64,000 nt of DNA, taken from contig CM022673.1 of the NCBI GenBank assembly GCA_012295275.1, positions 13,268,001 to 13,332,000 on the forward strand, read 5' to 3'. The translations under genes were made by a program, and so were the position numbers. The stretch comes from Chrysomallon squamiferum. Its lineage: Eukaryota > Animalia > Mollusca. The notes below the pieces were generated by a model that had not been told where the DNA came from, did not search any database, and saw nothing but the letters and a program-made list of their open reading frames with translations. Positions 15,076 through 29,300 of this stretch are shown here, piece by piece. The first letter of the stretch is position 1, and the number at the start of each line of letters is the position of its first letter.

Positions 15076-15194
15076 ATTGGGTTGGTTGCGTTCCAGTAGA
15101 TAGTCCTCTGTTTGAACGCCGCGTTGCAGTGTTGTAGTAAAACACAGTAAATCCAAACAAGAATAGAAGCAGGTAATTCACATCCACACTGCAT
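15076..15194 (-). CDS. Efn: Ephrin, first coding exon (signal peptide and start of the ephrin receptor-binding domain); remaining exons apparently outside the window to the left
   Basis: ATG at 15194 gives MQCGCELPASILVWIYCVLLQHCNAAFKQRTIYWNATNP+AT, then a strong GTGAGT donor (phase 2). A hydrophobic signal peptide followed by IYWNxxNP matches the ephrin N-terminal motif (vertebrate VFWNSSNP, IYWNSSN), and ephrin genes characteristically have an intron at this point. Confidence 0.8.
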
Positions 15195-15199
15195 CGTTA

Positions 15200-15560
15200 G
15201 GAGAGAGAGAGAGAGAAAAAAATATTTAAAAAAAAATATATATGTCCACTGTTCTAACTCACTCCCGCTTTCGATCGACTGACTGCCACGTCTGTCATTC
15301 AGTAATCTCTGTGAAATATCCACCCGTTTGGTATCAGTCGTCACCGGAAAAGTTGAGAACTGTTCACACGATTGTTCTGTCTGTCAGTCATCGACAGTGC
15401 AACACACCGTTGTGTGTACGAGTATATCGATGTTTGGTCACGTGGTGCTCCGGACCGCCAGCTTTTGCTTTTCCAGGATTCAAGGGAGCTAACTGCAATA
15501 AATCACTCGGCCTGAAGTCAGTCGTCAATTGATTTAACTCTTCCAAATTCATGAGCGGTG
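15200..15560 (-). promoter_or_regulatory. Probable ephrin promoter/5' UTR
   Basis: CpG-rich, higher-GC patch directly upstream of the ATG. Inr-like TCAGT on minus at 15282-15278, TATCGAT at 15425-15431, E-box CACGTG at 15439-15444. The TSS is inferred, not shown. Confidence 0.45.
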
Positions 15561-15849
15561 TTGTAATGCAAGTGATACAGTGCAAAAGTATGAGCGTTCT
15601 CTTATAATGGACAGAAGATTTAGCGTTTCTGATACAACGTAATGATATAAGCGTTGAATTGTAATGCGAAAACATTAATTTGTTTCTGATACAGTATTGT
15701 CAGTTTGTAATTTAAATTGCGAAATAATTTTACAAACTTCAAACTATATAAGAACAAGTTAGGAAAATATTTCTATAGAAAAATGTACATCTTTAATTCT
15801 CCTTGTGATGCCTTTTGCATAATATTTTATAATACAATACGATATAACA

Positions 15850-15888
<39 letters not shown>

Positions 15889-16093
15889 AAATTATAAAAA
15901 ATATGAATAAATAAATAAAAAAAAAAGTAAAATAACTCGCTAAAAGATGAATATTTTCGTTTTGAAATATATTTTGGAAATAAACACATTCACCGGTATT
16001 CATATCACTGTAAATCATTTCCATGTGTATAATATCTCCGGTTTTACATAACAAAAAATTAAAATTTGGGGCGAACGAAAGCAGATATACTTA

Positions 16094-16295
16094 CTGTTGC
16101 TACTGTTGTTGTTATCGTTATTATTATCGTTATTTTTATTATTATTGTTGTTATCGTTATTTTTATTGTTATTGTTGTTATCGTTATTATTATCGTTATT
16201 TTTATTGTTATTGTTGTTCTTGTTATCATTATTATTGTTGTTATTATCGTTATTTTTATTTTTATTTATATTATTGTCCTCACCGTCGTCGTTGC
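16094..16295. repeat. Compound triplet repeat (TTA/TTG/TCG)
   Basis: Read directly; it explains four overlapping low-complexity ORFs. Confidence 0.9.
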
Positions 16296-16600
16296 GGTTG
16301 TTTAAAATAACTAATACATTCAAAAATACTAATACACACACACACCTAAATGAATGAAAACATATATACATACTTAGACAATAACAGCCAAATAACGAAC
16401 GAAACACTCTCTTTCTATTGGATTGTGCCAATCACTTATAAATCATGTATTGAATTGATTTATTGTTGTACATCAGGAAAATGAGTCACATTAGACCGTG
16501 TCCCACACAATTTATCAGTCTTTGCAAAGAAAGAGTTTAAGAGCGATATTGTTTGTGATATTTTCTTCACATGTGTAAAGATGTGTGGAGACATACAGAC

Positions 16601-16604
<4 letters not shown>

Positions 16605-16687
<83 letters not shown>
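16605..16687. repeat. (AG)n microsatellite
   Basis: Read directly from the sequence. Confidence 0.95.
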
Positions 16688-16690
<3 letters not shown>

Positions 16691-16822
16691 AATAACTATG
16701 TACTTTTAATATTCAAAGACATTTAGATGGAGAGACAGACAGGGAGACGATATATTTAAAGATAGACTGAGAGAGAGGAGAAGACGAAACAGAAATAGAA
16801 AAATTGCAAGAGAGAAAGAAAG

Positions 16823-16868
16823 TGTATGTGTGTGTGTGTGTGTGTGTGTATGTGTGTGTGAAAGTGTA

Positions 16869-16935
<67 letters not shown>

Positions 16936-16936
16936 G
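16823..16936. repeat. (TG)n/(TGTATG)n microsatellite
   Basis: Read directly from the sequence. Confidence 0.9.
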
Positions 16937-17904
16937 ATAAGATAAAAAAAAAAAACTTGCTTTAACAACTACCAGGTACTAGTTAACGTGATTCTATCGA
17001 AAAATAATAAAAAAATAATATATATATATATCCAGGTACTTTTAACGTGGGAGTACAGCATATGACTTCGTTAGTAAGTCTTCCAAGACAAGCAACACAA
17101 CAGTGCTTGTTTAATAACCATTGCTTATACTCCGTGAAGAAATTATTGCTCTCAAGTCTGGTGTAAGGGGATTTCGAATGTACGGAAATTATTCTCTGAA
17201 CCGAATTATTACGTAATAACTTTTGTACAAATCCAACCGTGTTGATAACAAATTACTTCGTGTCGTGTATGATGGAAAAACAAACTTAAATAATTATAAT
17301 ACACCGGCAAAGCGGTTTACGAAAGAATGTGTTTTGTTGGAGTCCCACTTAATGGTAATCGTCATCTTTGTGTTTTTTCTCCCGAGCGTGGAAATGTGTT
17401 TGTGCATATATCATGGATATATAATATAGATATAATATATGCAGCCATAACAGTGGTATTCTCACGAGTATGTTGGTTCACATGGTAATAAAAATATATA
17501 AAATTTATCCCTAGAGATTTCGTTCTCAACACGGGAAATATTCTTTTCATGCGTTCGCGTAAGAAGATTTACGGTTGAATGAAAATAATTAAATATTAAT
17601 TGAACAGTTGAATACAGGGATTTAAAAGTTTAATTTTAAAAAAAATTATTATTATTATTATTATTTTTTTTAAATGTAGTTGATTATTTTTGTTTTATGT
17701 GGACTAGTTGATCGTAAAAAGGTTAACAAAATGCTGTTAAAAGTGACGATCGCTTGTTAATTAGTGTGCGTTTTTTTTTTTTTTTTTTCTCTTTTTTGTT
17801 CTTGTTGTTTTTGTTCATATTATTAGCACGTAATTATTACTAGCAGATGTTTTGTCATTGTTGGTTAAAATATAATCATATTGTTTTGGGGGTATTATTT
17901 ATGA

Positions 17905-17946
<42 letters not shown>

Positions 17947-19159
17947 TATCAAAAATAAGCTACGACGGTGAGACATAAATAAATAAATAAATATAGATGA
18001 CATTCTTAACCTAGATTCACTTTTTTATGTAAGTTTTTGTGTTCTCACAATAATTAAAGTGAGCAGAAACCTCCCACCGTGAAACCTATTAAGTACGCAT
18101 TTCAGCATCATAACGTACCACGCGATATTTCTAATCTCAACAACAAACAGCTTTTGGGGTATTTGTCAGATACCTGTATTCAGTTACCTGCATTATTTTT
18201 AATCCTATTTATTGGCCTTATAAAATGTCTTTGATGCTGTTTTCGTACGCCGTCGTCCTGACCTACCAGACGCAGGTGATGTCGTGGAGACGAACCGCCA
18301 GACAGTTTATTTTATTTTATTTTTTAACGGTTTCAAGATGGTGCGCCATCAAGGGGCGTGAATTCCTACGCACAAAGTCGCTGTTTGGATGAGGCTTTGC
18401 AACTGTTTGTTTGTCCTCGAATTAAACAGAAATGGGAGTTTGCAAATTTTGTTTTAAGTTTATCAAGCAGGGATTAGCATAAATGTACAACTTGTTTCTT
18501 CTAAATGTCATGGTTATTCGATGTAGTTAAAATTTTCGGGGACTATCTTTGGTTTTCCAAGTACTAACGTGACGTGAGTTTGTTCTGTATGTTGAAACGT
18601 TCCGGGTGGTTCAACGACGGGCTAGCAGATGTTTGCTGCTGGCCGTTCACGTGGTATAAGCCTACATTGAGTATTTATTTTGGTGTTGGACCAAGTTACC
18701 ATATTTTAATTTACATATATGTTGTTTTTTTTTTGTTTTGTTTTTTTGCCTATAACATGAGAGTCTCTTACCAATGAATTCATTTAATAAGTTATAATAG
18801 TATATCTACAATATATTTAAAGTAATAATTGTATTATATGAAGCATCTGGACATCTCATATCTTTTGATATCCAAGTATTTTCAAGTTGTAAGAAGGTTG
18901 CAGCCTATCCAGCATAAACGATGAGATCATCAGATCTTTACAACTCCTGAATTTGTTGTTGGTCAGAGAAATAAATCAAACTGGTACTGTACGGAATCGT
19001 ATAAACAGTTCTGAAAATACTTTAAAAGCCATCTTGTAGACTTTGTTAGTTTGTTGTTGTTTTTGTTTATTTTATTTTATTTTTGTTAAAATATGATTTG
19101 TTCAAGTGAAATGTAATTGCAGAATATTATTTTGAGAGTTTTAACACTATTTGAAAATA

Positions 19160-19217
<58 letters not shown>

Positions 19218-19966
19218 TAAATAAATAAATATTTGGAGGTCGGAGGTATTTCTAATGATGGTTTGGTACACTAAACAATTACTTTTTTATGTGGCCTAGC
19301 GGCATTTCTTCACTTTTACTGTCTAACACAGGAAGTATACGGTATTGCTCTCTTTTCGAATTGTTCTGTTGTAATTTGCTGTTACTGCTAGTTTCAGATA
19401 CTTATTCTCTGTGTGTTTATCAAAAATACATTGAAATGTTCGCCTCACAGACTGGACTGGTGTCCATGTTGATAGACTGGTGATTTAGATTGTCGTACGT
19501 CTGGCTTGAAGTCCATTATGCATTCACAGAAGCCTTGGAACTTGAAAAAAGACAAACATAGCTTCTTTGGGCTGATATAAATATTTAAAAAGGATCCGAC
19601 TGGCTTTCTCCCGTTTATTGCAAACTAGAGATAGACAATGGCCGTTTTTTTTCCGAAACACTTAAACTAGAATGAGCAATATCTGGAAAGTGTTAACAGG
19701 TTTTTTAAAGAGTGCGTGTTTTCCAAATTGCTTCATAGATGTACGTGGCAAGCAGGAAATTTGAAAACAGCTTTTGCGTGATGCAGTCTAATTGTTTTTT
19801 TACACAGAAACAGGTGTTTCTGGTTCTTGTATGAAGTTCAAAACCTTTCTTCTGCTTTACCTCTTTTTTATTATTATTTTATTTATTTATCATTTATTTA
19901 TTTATTTTTGTATTTTATTTTTTGTATTTTTGTATTTTTTTTTTTTATTTATTTATTTTTTTTTTT

Positions 19967-20005
<39 letters not shown>

Positions 20006-21931
20006 CTTATTATTATTATTATTATTATTATTGTCGTTGTTGAGTTTTTGTTGTCGTCATTTTTTATCGTCTCCACAATCACCATCATCACTACTTTATT
20101 TTATTCTCGTTTTTATTCATTTGCCTAATTAAGCCTAATTATTAACCTTTACATATGTAAACTCTGGGTTTGGCTCGGAAGGATGCGCCTGTTTACGACC
20201 GTACGTTTCTTGTGTATTTGGAGCAACGCCATTTACTATTATTATTATTACTATTATTATACCGTCATACCCTAGAACCGCCAATCCTATGGGAAGTTAC
20301 GTCTGGTAATATTAATAATGTGCTCGTAAGATACTGCAGAGATAAAATGGCTCGAACACAAACCGGTTTTGAAATTGAATAACTTTGATACCGCGAGATA
20401 GACGTTTGATAACATTTAATACTCCACACACACACACTGATTTATTATTTGCCTTAAGTTTTTATACAAAGCCCATGACAACAAAAACATTTTGATGGCT
20501 CGGTTATCAAGATCTTCGCACCTAATAATCAATTACTCTGCCAGGATGAATAATTAATTGCCCAAAGTACGTTTATCATGGGCATAACGTCTTACGTGGA
20601 TACCCGAATCCGTGACAGAAGATCTGGAGAGAGGCGTTGATTTATAATAATGTTCAGCAGTTAAAATAAATTACAGGTTTGGGAAATTAAAACCATAATG
20701 TGAATGTGTAATCAAATATTCTAAGCAAAGAAAAAAAAAAAAAAAGAAATAAAAAAGAGGGTTTAGTAATTTGTGGTAATTTAGAAATTATATAAAGTGT
20801 CTAAACAAAAGAGATGCCCTGTATCTGACTTTTCTTTTAAACTAAGGAGCAGAAAGGAAAAATAATAAAAATAGTTATTTCATTCGTCAGTCGATCTGGT
20901 CGACGACGGCGAAAGAAAAGTGGAGGAGGGTGGTGGTGGCGGCAGCACTAATCTGCAACGGCGACAACAAAGAGAATGATTGATGAATACTGTGAGTTAA
21001 AATGAGTGGGTAGAAGAGGGAGGAGTGGGGTACGTAACGCAGGAGTACTGGGTTCTGTTGTTTCATCTCCTTCAATCGCTCGTAGAACATTTGGGATAGT
21101 TTTCGCAAAAACCCACGAACAATGGCGATGGATTTAAATGACGATTGAATGTCCAATAAAGCTTGAATAAATTATTTATTTTAAAATACAGCTACTGTTC
21201 CGAATAGCGGTAGCTCAGCATGCATACCAAGAGATCAAAAGATATTTACATTTCGACAAGGTGTAACAATCTGAACGTTTATGATAGAATGTCAATAATA
21301 AGAAAGAAAAATGTTACAAAAAGAATGGAAACAACATCTTTAGTAACAAAAAAGTAACAAGAAAACAACAGTAACAATAATATCAACGTAACAAAAGTTT
21401 AATAATAAAAATAGTTAAAGCGATAAAAACGAATAATTATGATAACCGATGATTTGCAACAGTTCTAATTATTTGTTTTTATCTACTTCCCCCTCCCCAA
21501 ACACACATTGTATCAGTAAAAAGTTTCATGAAAAAAAAATTGGAGACATCTTCTGAACTGGTTTTCTTTAAACCACGGAAATTACTCATGACAGAAATGA
21601 CGAAACTTTACTCTCTGAGACACATCTATTTTTAGATATATCTGTTAGTCGGAGGGTTGTCTGTAAACAAAAATCTATTGCTTGTGAAAAGTTAATTCAA
21701 AGATCAAATAGTATTTTTGCTGATGGGTCAAACACTGATCTAGGGAGCGTTGGAACACGAAAAATATCTTAGACTGTTCAAATCAATCCTTTCATCGTGT
21801 CAGTGTGCGCTGCAAACACGGAGGAGAGACACATTTTAGTGAGTTTCAGTATTTGAGAAACCAGGTGTAGGTCCATTACGAATGGAAGCTGTTAAAGAGT
21901 CTACGTCTGATTTAGCTTATTTAAACTACAT

Positions 21932-21999
<68 letters not shown>

Positions 22000-23003
22000 A
22001 TACAAATAAAATGATATAAAATAAAATAAAATAAAAGACTGAAAAAAGAAGCGAACATTTTCTGTGTATTCTTCAAGTTTAAAAATGGCGAGATCAAACA
22101 TTTTATGAAATTTTGTTCGATAAATATTTTTTGTTTATTTATTTTTATTTTTAATAGGAATGTTTAATAAAAATGCATACATTTCCATTTAAATAGGTTA
22201 TTAATATAGTAGGTTTTAAACCTCGCAGTTATTTAATTTAATGTACTAACTTTAAACAAAACAAAAATTAGTTTTTCACACTTTCACAAATTTACGTTTT
22301 GTTTTCTTATTCCCAAATCGGTGTATTATTTCATAGCTTAGGGAGTAATTTAACAACCTCGAGCAACTTTTTCCATTACCTTTTCATAAATTCATTAATT
22401 TAACACCAAGCGTAATTTCAAATTACTTGTAATTTATTTAAATTAGATATTTAAAAATATGATTTCGTCTCCACTAAATTCGTATTTTACATTAAAAAAA
22501 AAAACAGTGATTTTTTTTTCTATCGATTCCATTAAATGACTTCAGATAATATAAAGGAAATATTCAGACACGACTGACAAAATTACAGGTAAAATAATTT
22601 GTTGCATTTTTATTACTTTATTAGCCATTTGAGCTTAAACCACTATCTTCGGCGACTCTTAACGAGAAGAGAATGCAGCTATAAATATGAAACTGTCAAT
22701 AAATGAAATATTACAACTTTCCAGAAACTACTTCTAAATGACAGCAGGCTACACCTGAAATATGGCAGCTTTCCTGGGTATGCTCTCGAGTTGGTACCTG
22801 GCCTGTTTAATAACGGCTATAAAGCTAGCAAGAGCGGCAGGGTGGAACGAATCAGAGGGTCACTGAGTAAAAGGAACCAGCAGAATGTGTGAAACGTCAT
22901 ACTAAACAATTTTCATTATCACCGTCAAACCTAGCGATAAAAATGGCGCCATGTCTGAAATCTGCCCAAAATGTATTTTTCAAATCTTGTAATGAATAAA
23001 CAC

Positions 23004-23052
<49 letters not shown>

Positions 23053-23179
23053 GAACATTGTTTTTCTATGTCTGTGCATTTTGATTGTTTTATTATCTAA
23101 GTCTTTAATAAAAACAATTTTAAATACAAAAAAGTTCAATATACTTTTAAGATTAATGACATTTTTATTTATTTTGAAC

Positions 23180-23196
23180 AAAAAAAAATTTGAAAA
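23180..23196 (-). terminator. RNA polymerase III oligo-T terminator of the tRNA gene
   Basis: T4 (23196-23193) and T9 (23188-23180) on minus, immediately 3' of the tRNA. Confidence 0.75.
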
Positions 23197-23200
23197 TATT

Positions 23201-23273
23201 CGAGCTTGCCAGGATTCGAACCTGGAATCTTCTGATCCGTAGTCAGACGCGTTATCCATTGCGCCACAAGCCC
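23201..23273 (-). tRNA. trnR-ACG: tRNA-Arg, anticodon ACG
   Basis: Minus strand GGGCTTGTGGCGCAATGGATAACGCGTCTGACTACGGATCAGAAGATTCCAGGTTCGAATCCTGGCAAGCTCG: 73 nt, paired acceptor stem, anticodon loop CTACGGA, GGTTCGAATCC B box, no intron, no encoded CCA. Confidence 0.97.
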
Positions 23274-25559
23274 TTGCGTTAGAACAAATTAAAATAATAG
23301 ACCATAATCCTACGAATGTTGAATGTTTCTGCGTTAATATATTTATTTTCCTTTATTTGTTTTGAGAAACACTCAATCACAAACTCTAATTCCGCTTATT
23401 GTTATAATTTTTGTTATAGTAAAATCTTATTATAATGTCCTAATTACAACGAAATACAAGCTATATTTTACTTCATATTTAGTAATATAGTGCCATTTTG
23501 TTAACATTTAAATTTTTATTTTACCGTGATGGAAGTTGAATTTCAAGCTGAAAAAATAACTAAAATATTACTTAATGGTAAATTAAATATGAAACAAAAT
23601 TTATAGCTTGTTAAATAATTTTTGTTCGCAAATATGGTTATCATAATATTGTCATCTGGTCCAAGGGAGAGAACCTTGTTTTCCCGTTGATTTATCATTT
23701 AGAAACAATATATATATATAGTAGGCTTAATAATTTAAATTAATATATAATAAAAATGAATGAACAAAATTGAAAAATAAAATAAATAAATAAATTAATA
23801 AATTAATTAATAATAATTAGAGTAAGAAGAAGCACGATCCCATGCAATGTCTTCAATGTAGGCGATAAAGAGATAACTGGATCATTTCTATAATAGTTTT
23901 AGAAATAGATTTTCTAAGAAAATAAATCTTAACCAGAACATCAAAGTAATGACGGTTTTTAATATAATTTAACAATAATTATCTTTTAAAAAATGAAATA
24001 TGTAACTTTAACATTTATTTCATTGATTTTGGGGCAAAAATAATAAAATAAAAAACATATAAATGATATATAAATAAGGATTCATTAAATGGTTAAGAAA
24101 TAGGTAACCTCGTTCAATTAAGACAAGTAAAATAAAATATTTTTGTGTTGCTAAAGTTTGTTTGTCAGTTTCCTCTTGATTCTGTCTTTTTCACTTTTCT
24201 TTATTTATTTTTAATAATATTTGGTAAGCACCCTCCCTAAATGCTTGAGAAGAATTTGCTGGAAACGGTTTTCCTGAACATTCTATTGCAGAAATGTATG
24301 TGCGCCGAGGCATGGAAACACATGCGGTGCTTTCTAAATTTTGATCCCGGTAATAATTAACCCGCTTGTTACTGCTGGACCATAATAGTTTGAAGTTCAT
24401 AATATGATAAAAATAATTTTAAAAATATATATATGTAAATAACAACGATGACGACACTATCACCACCACCACCGCCACCAACAAAAATAAAAACGACAAT
24501 AATATTATTTCAAATGTTTTTCAAAATGCAAATGCATTAATTGCTTTATTAATTTGCGTAAACATTAATGTATAACGTTTACATGTCTTTACAAAAGAAA
24601 CCTAAAGCTAAGTTGCAATGTTTGGGTGAATCTCACTTTCAGCTCAGTTTAGATATAAATATTTATAACATAACATGTTAATTCTGTTTTGAAAATTATA
24701 TCCACTACAATTACGAAGCTTCCTTTAGCAAATTCCTCAGTCTGTTTCTGCAGTGATAGGAAGAAATTAAATCTCGGTTGACTGTAATTAAAACAATCTG
24801 TTTCTGTTTATATTTGAAGAATATACTAAGCTAAATTTCTACTAACTTGTTTAAAATGTTGTTTTGTTCTCTATACTGTTGTTGTTAAGATGCAGCACTG
24901 TTTCGGTAGCTGTTCTTAGAAAAAACTACTACAAACCTGAAACAGTCTTTGTGTACGTATTTCAATAATCTATATCTCACTGTCCGTGAAATAATGATGG
25001 CATAATTACATAACCGAGAAAAAAAAAGAAAAAAAAGAGAACATTCCCTCCCTGCACTGTATGAATGATCTTCATACGATATTGTTGTAAGGCGCATGGT
25101 ATTGTTTTTACATCTTTTTTGGAATATCTCATGGTAAAAGGCAAAGTTCCAATTGTTTTTAACTTGTTGGGCTTTGTCTTTAAGAGAAATGGGAGTCTTA
25201 CAGAATACTGAAACTCAAGAAGATATGAAAAAAAAAAAAAAAAAAAAAAAAGTTTCATTACAATTATGATATTACCCGTTTGATAGTTTTTTTTTACTTA
25301 TTTTATTTTATTTCGTCTGCGTTGCGACATTTTACCATAAAGACTGCCAAAACTATTAAAACATTTTATATTGCTTGTAAATTATTATCATGTTATGGCA
25401 GTATGTGTATGTGTGTATATATATATATATATAACAGAAGGAAATCAAGTCTAGGTCCAAATATTCCAAAAGTTTTAAGAATGCTCCTACATGAAATGTA
25501 GAAAGGAAAAAATTTATAGACGCAAGTCTTAGTAAACTGTATTTCACAGAGCATTGTTT

Positions 25560-25670
25560 AGGTTATCACCGAGAAATATGATACAGGGACAAAAAGTTTT
25601 TGACCCAGTTCTGTCAGTTCCTTAAATTGCAAGTGCATTTGTGAGCCACTTGCTTTGGAAGAAGTTGAAA
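25560..25670 (+). promoter_or_regulatory. Probable P3H core promoter/5' UTR
   Basis: Inr-like TCAGTT at 25614-25619 shortly upstream of an ATG in AAAATG context. Confidence 0.35.
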
Positions 25671-26102
25671 ATGTGGTCGTACGATATAGTATTTATTTTA
25701 ATCAATATATTAATTTCAATAGTTGCTGATGAACAACTAGAAGGAACTAAACGGGATGAAAATTTTGCAGAAATGTACGAAGCCGGTGTGAATGCGTACG
25801 ATAATGAAGATTGGTATCAGTGTGAACTTCAAATGGTGGATGCTTTGACGGACTATAAGTTATACAAGAATACGATTATAGACTGTCGTCTTCAGTGTAA
25901 GAAAACGACATCAATCAGGGAACTGACTCCAGATATGATCGAGTTTTCAGTGTTAGAAAAATTTATAGAGAATTCTGACTGTATAAGACGATGTAAAAAC
26001 AATACTTTTGGAAACAAAACATTCCCTCACCCATCAAGTGTAATTTTCGAAACTTTCCAAAAAAGAAAACCCTATGAATATCTACAGTTTTGCTGGTACC
26101 AG
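25671..26102 (+). CDS. P3H: P3H exon 1
   Basis: MWSYDIVFILINILISIVA signal peptide ... PYEYLQFCWYQ, donor GTATAA, phase 0. Confidence 0.93.
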
Positions 26103-26262
26103 GTATAAAAATCTATTATTTTTAATCATTTAATTTTATTGGAAAGATAAACTAAAAAAAAACAAAGGTTTTGATTTGTGAAAAGAGTTCAGTGATTAGG
26201 TTTATTTTTCTGCTTCGTCTCGGTTGATATTCTCCGCCGTAGCCAGTGCTTAACCAATTTAA

Positions 26263-26309
<47 letters not shown>

Positions 26310-29300
26310 TAATAAAATAAAATTCAATTAAATAAAATAATAATCAATAGTTACAAATTACAAGCTTATTTGGTGACCATCAAATGACCACTTCACAAGT
26401 TTGAAATGTAAATTTTTAAATTTAATTTGAATTTAATTTTTTTTTTTTTAATATTTTTATGATACATGTAAATTACAAAACTGATTTAAAAAAAAAAAAA
26501 AAAATTTGTTTTGTTTTGGGATTCTTATTTAAAAAATAAAAATGCCTATGAATACTATACAATGCTAATAGAACATTTGAAATATTCTTTGCTCATTTTT
26601 TAAATGACATAATTGTAAGCTAGATTTTAGTCACTATATCACTGCATTTTGTTGTTTTATCTTGGTTAACACTGATTTGAAAGACTGCATGTGGACTCTG
26701 TAAAACTGTAATTTTTTGAAAGTATATAATTTATATAATTTACATTTAAACAAAAACCTGTGAATATTTTTCTAATTCAGTTTTAGGGCAAGAAGAAAGT
26801 GAAAAATATGTCAGATCTATATAGGGAATACAAATTCCTTTTTGTATTTGTAAATGATTCTGTAACTATTCAGTCTTTGTATAAATCATGTCAGACAAAC
26901 ATTTTTGAATTTGCTCTGATTCTGCTATTAATATTTTACACTTCTGTGATAAATGAGGGAAAAAATATTAATGCTGAATTTTAATTTCTAATTTTTTCTA
27001 ATATTTATATTTATATTTATTATTAAAACTAGGAATATGACTGACAAACTTTTTCATTAAAGGATGAATAAATTTTAAACATTTTATGAAATTTTATATA
27101 TATATACATCTTTTAAAAAATTATGTATGATTTACATAAGAAAAAATACATATTGTAAGTGAATCAAAAACAATATATGTTATTAATTTTAATACTTAGG
27201 CAGCAGTATTAGACATTTTTTTATTTGAGATAGTTAATAATTTACAATAACCTAAATATAAATTTCTATAATATTTACATTCATGATTATCAGTATTATG
27301 GAAATACAAACATGGTGACTAAAATCTCAGATATTTGGTTTTGACATCAGACGCCCACACGTCTGACCTCCCTGTCCTTTTTATACATGAACCCATGCAT
27401 TTCCATTTCTGAATTTACATGTACAGTAGATGTACAGTGAGAGGTTATGAGTATGTAAGAATAAGAATAGTAACTCGCTTATGGTAGTGATTTGTTGAAA
27501 TGGAGGAAGTTAATAAGCAGAAACACGTGTGATTTGTAGTCAGAGTAAACCAAGATAATAAGAATGGAAATGCAAGTCGGAAAAAACTATAGTAGACTTC
27601 TTCAGTTTTGTTACCTCACCGTGCTGCTTGTATTTACCTTTATGACGTGTTCATAAGAAACAAGTTTATTCATGTTAAACCCAGAATAATTTAATAAAAA
27701 TGTGAGGAGGAAAACAAAAGTGCTGTTTGTTGTTACATTTATGATGTGTTTCCCAGTATGAATAAATTCAAAAACAAAAATGATAAGAAGGAAAGATAAA
27801 GAAAAGTTACTAATACATACATATTAGTATTCAGATATAGGTACCAGACCTTTTATCCAGCAAACTTTTGGGACCAGAGTTAACCTGGATATCAGAATTT
27901 AAAGAAAAATTCTGGACCAAGCTGTAATATATATGGAAAATATGAAATGAACAATGAAAAGTAGAGAATGATATTATATTAAACAGATAAAAGTTAAAAA
28001 CCTTATAAAAGCCAATTTTCTGATAACTTTGGGGTTTTTTGGAAGCCAAATAAATGATCTGGTACCTACGTGTATGAAGATATAATAAATTTTGAAAACT
28101 TCCATATCCAAATGATTTTTATTTGTTAATGTTGATAAAGTATCATTAATACATAAATAATTTTTAAATATGTTATATTTATCAGTTTTAATATAAAAGC
28201 CTTTTTTAACAATTCTGAATTGTATATATAGGACATAGTCAAAAAATTGTCAATAACTAAGATTTCTATTTTGTCACATTTATTAATGTTGGTGCACTTT
28301 TTTAATCTAAAATGAAAATTTGATATTTTCTAAAAAGACATAAACTTGGTTCTTAGTAATATATAATATATATTTTGTTCTTAATGTGTGTTCTGAAAAT
28401 AATATATTATATGTTATTTATTTATTATCAGTATTTATTTTTATTGATTTTTCTAATTTCAGCTTGGAAAGATGGAAAAAGCAGCATCAGCTGCCTATAC
28501 TTTTTATCTGGCAAACCCAGATCATGAGGATATGGTAAAAAATGTCAGATTTTTCAAGGATAATGTTCGAGTTAAAGAAACCGATTTTCTTGACCTTGAA
28601 ATGAAGCCATACAAGGTCAGTAATCATCACTAATTTTAGAGATTAGACTAATTTGCTTTTTATATAAACAAAATTTAGTTTGTGAAATGGTTCCATAAAA
28701 AATTTTAGATTGTGAAATGGTTCCATAAATCAAATCCAATACAATGAAGATTTAATCCAGTAAACAAGTGTGTGTGTGTGTGTGTGTGTGTGAGTGTAAA
28801 GATATTTTTAAAAATATAAAATAATATGAGAGGTCAATTCAGGTGCTAGACTCCAAGAATTGTTATTAGTATTATGGATTAACATCAGTGTTTTCTGTTT
28901 AAATATTTCTATTTTGTACATTAAAGATTTGAACTAAAATGTTTTGGCATGATTTATGTGCAGCTGGGAGTATTTTGGAAAAAAATCAACCTTTGTTTCT
29001 TAACCTTTCACAGAATTTTTTCTTTTTCTTTTTTTTTTTTTTTTTTTTTTTTTTCTTCAAAAAAAATGTTTAACACCAGATTATTTGATTTTACCATGTT
29101 TTCTAACCATTGTTCTCATAATAGTATTGGTAACTTAATGGACTGGATTGTTTTAGTTTCTTATGTGGCTTTGTATTTCAAATATAAATTGGTCATTGCT
29201 TTTCTTTCTTTGTTTTAACCTATGATTGTTAAAATTTGTTTAGATTATAGGCTGTATTGTAGCCAGTTTTTAATGACACCCAACATAAAAAAATGAATAA

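Noticed and set aside
15195-15344. In-frame GTG-initiated N-terminal extension of ephrin
   Set aside because: The frame crosses a (GA)n tract and A-runs that are length-unstable, and the ATG at 15194 already gives a normal signal peptide.
10345-20382. Many poly-L, poly-N, poly-I, poly-Y and CV/HT ORFs in the track
   Set aside because: Translations of (TAT)n, (AC)n and (AT)n microsatellites; no splice or domain support. The ephrin exon at 15076-15194 is the exception.
22897-23259. 120-aa ORF starting MDNASDYGSEDSRFESWQAR
   Set aside because: It is the translation of the tRNA-Arg gene followed by AT-rich DNA and a (GA)n tract.
25641-25670. GTG-start extension of P3H exon 1 in the ORF track
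   Set aside because: The ATG at 25671 has a good context and directly precedes the signal peptide.
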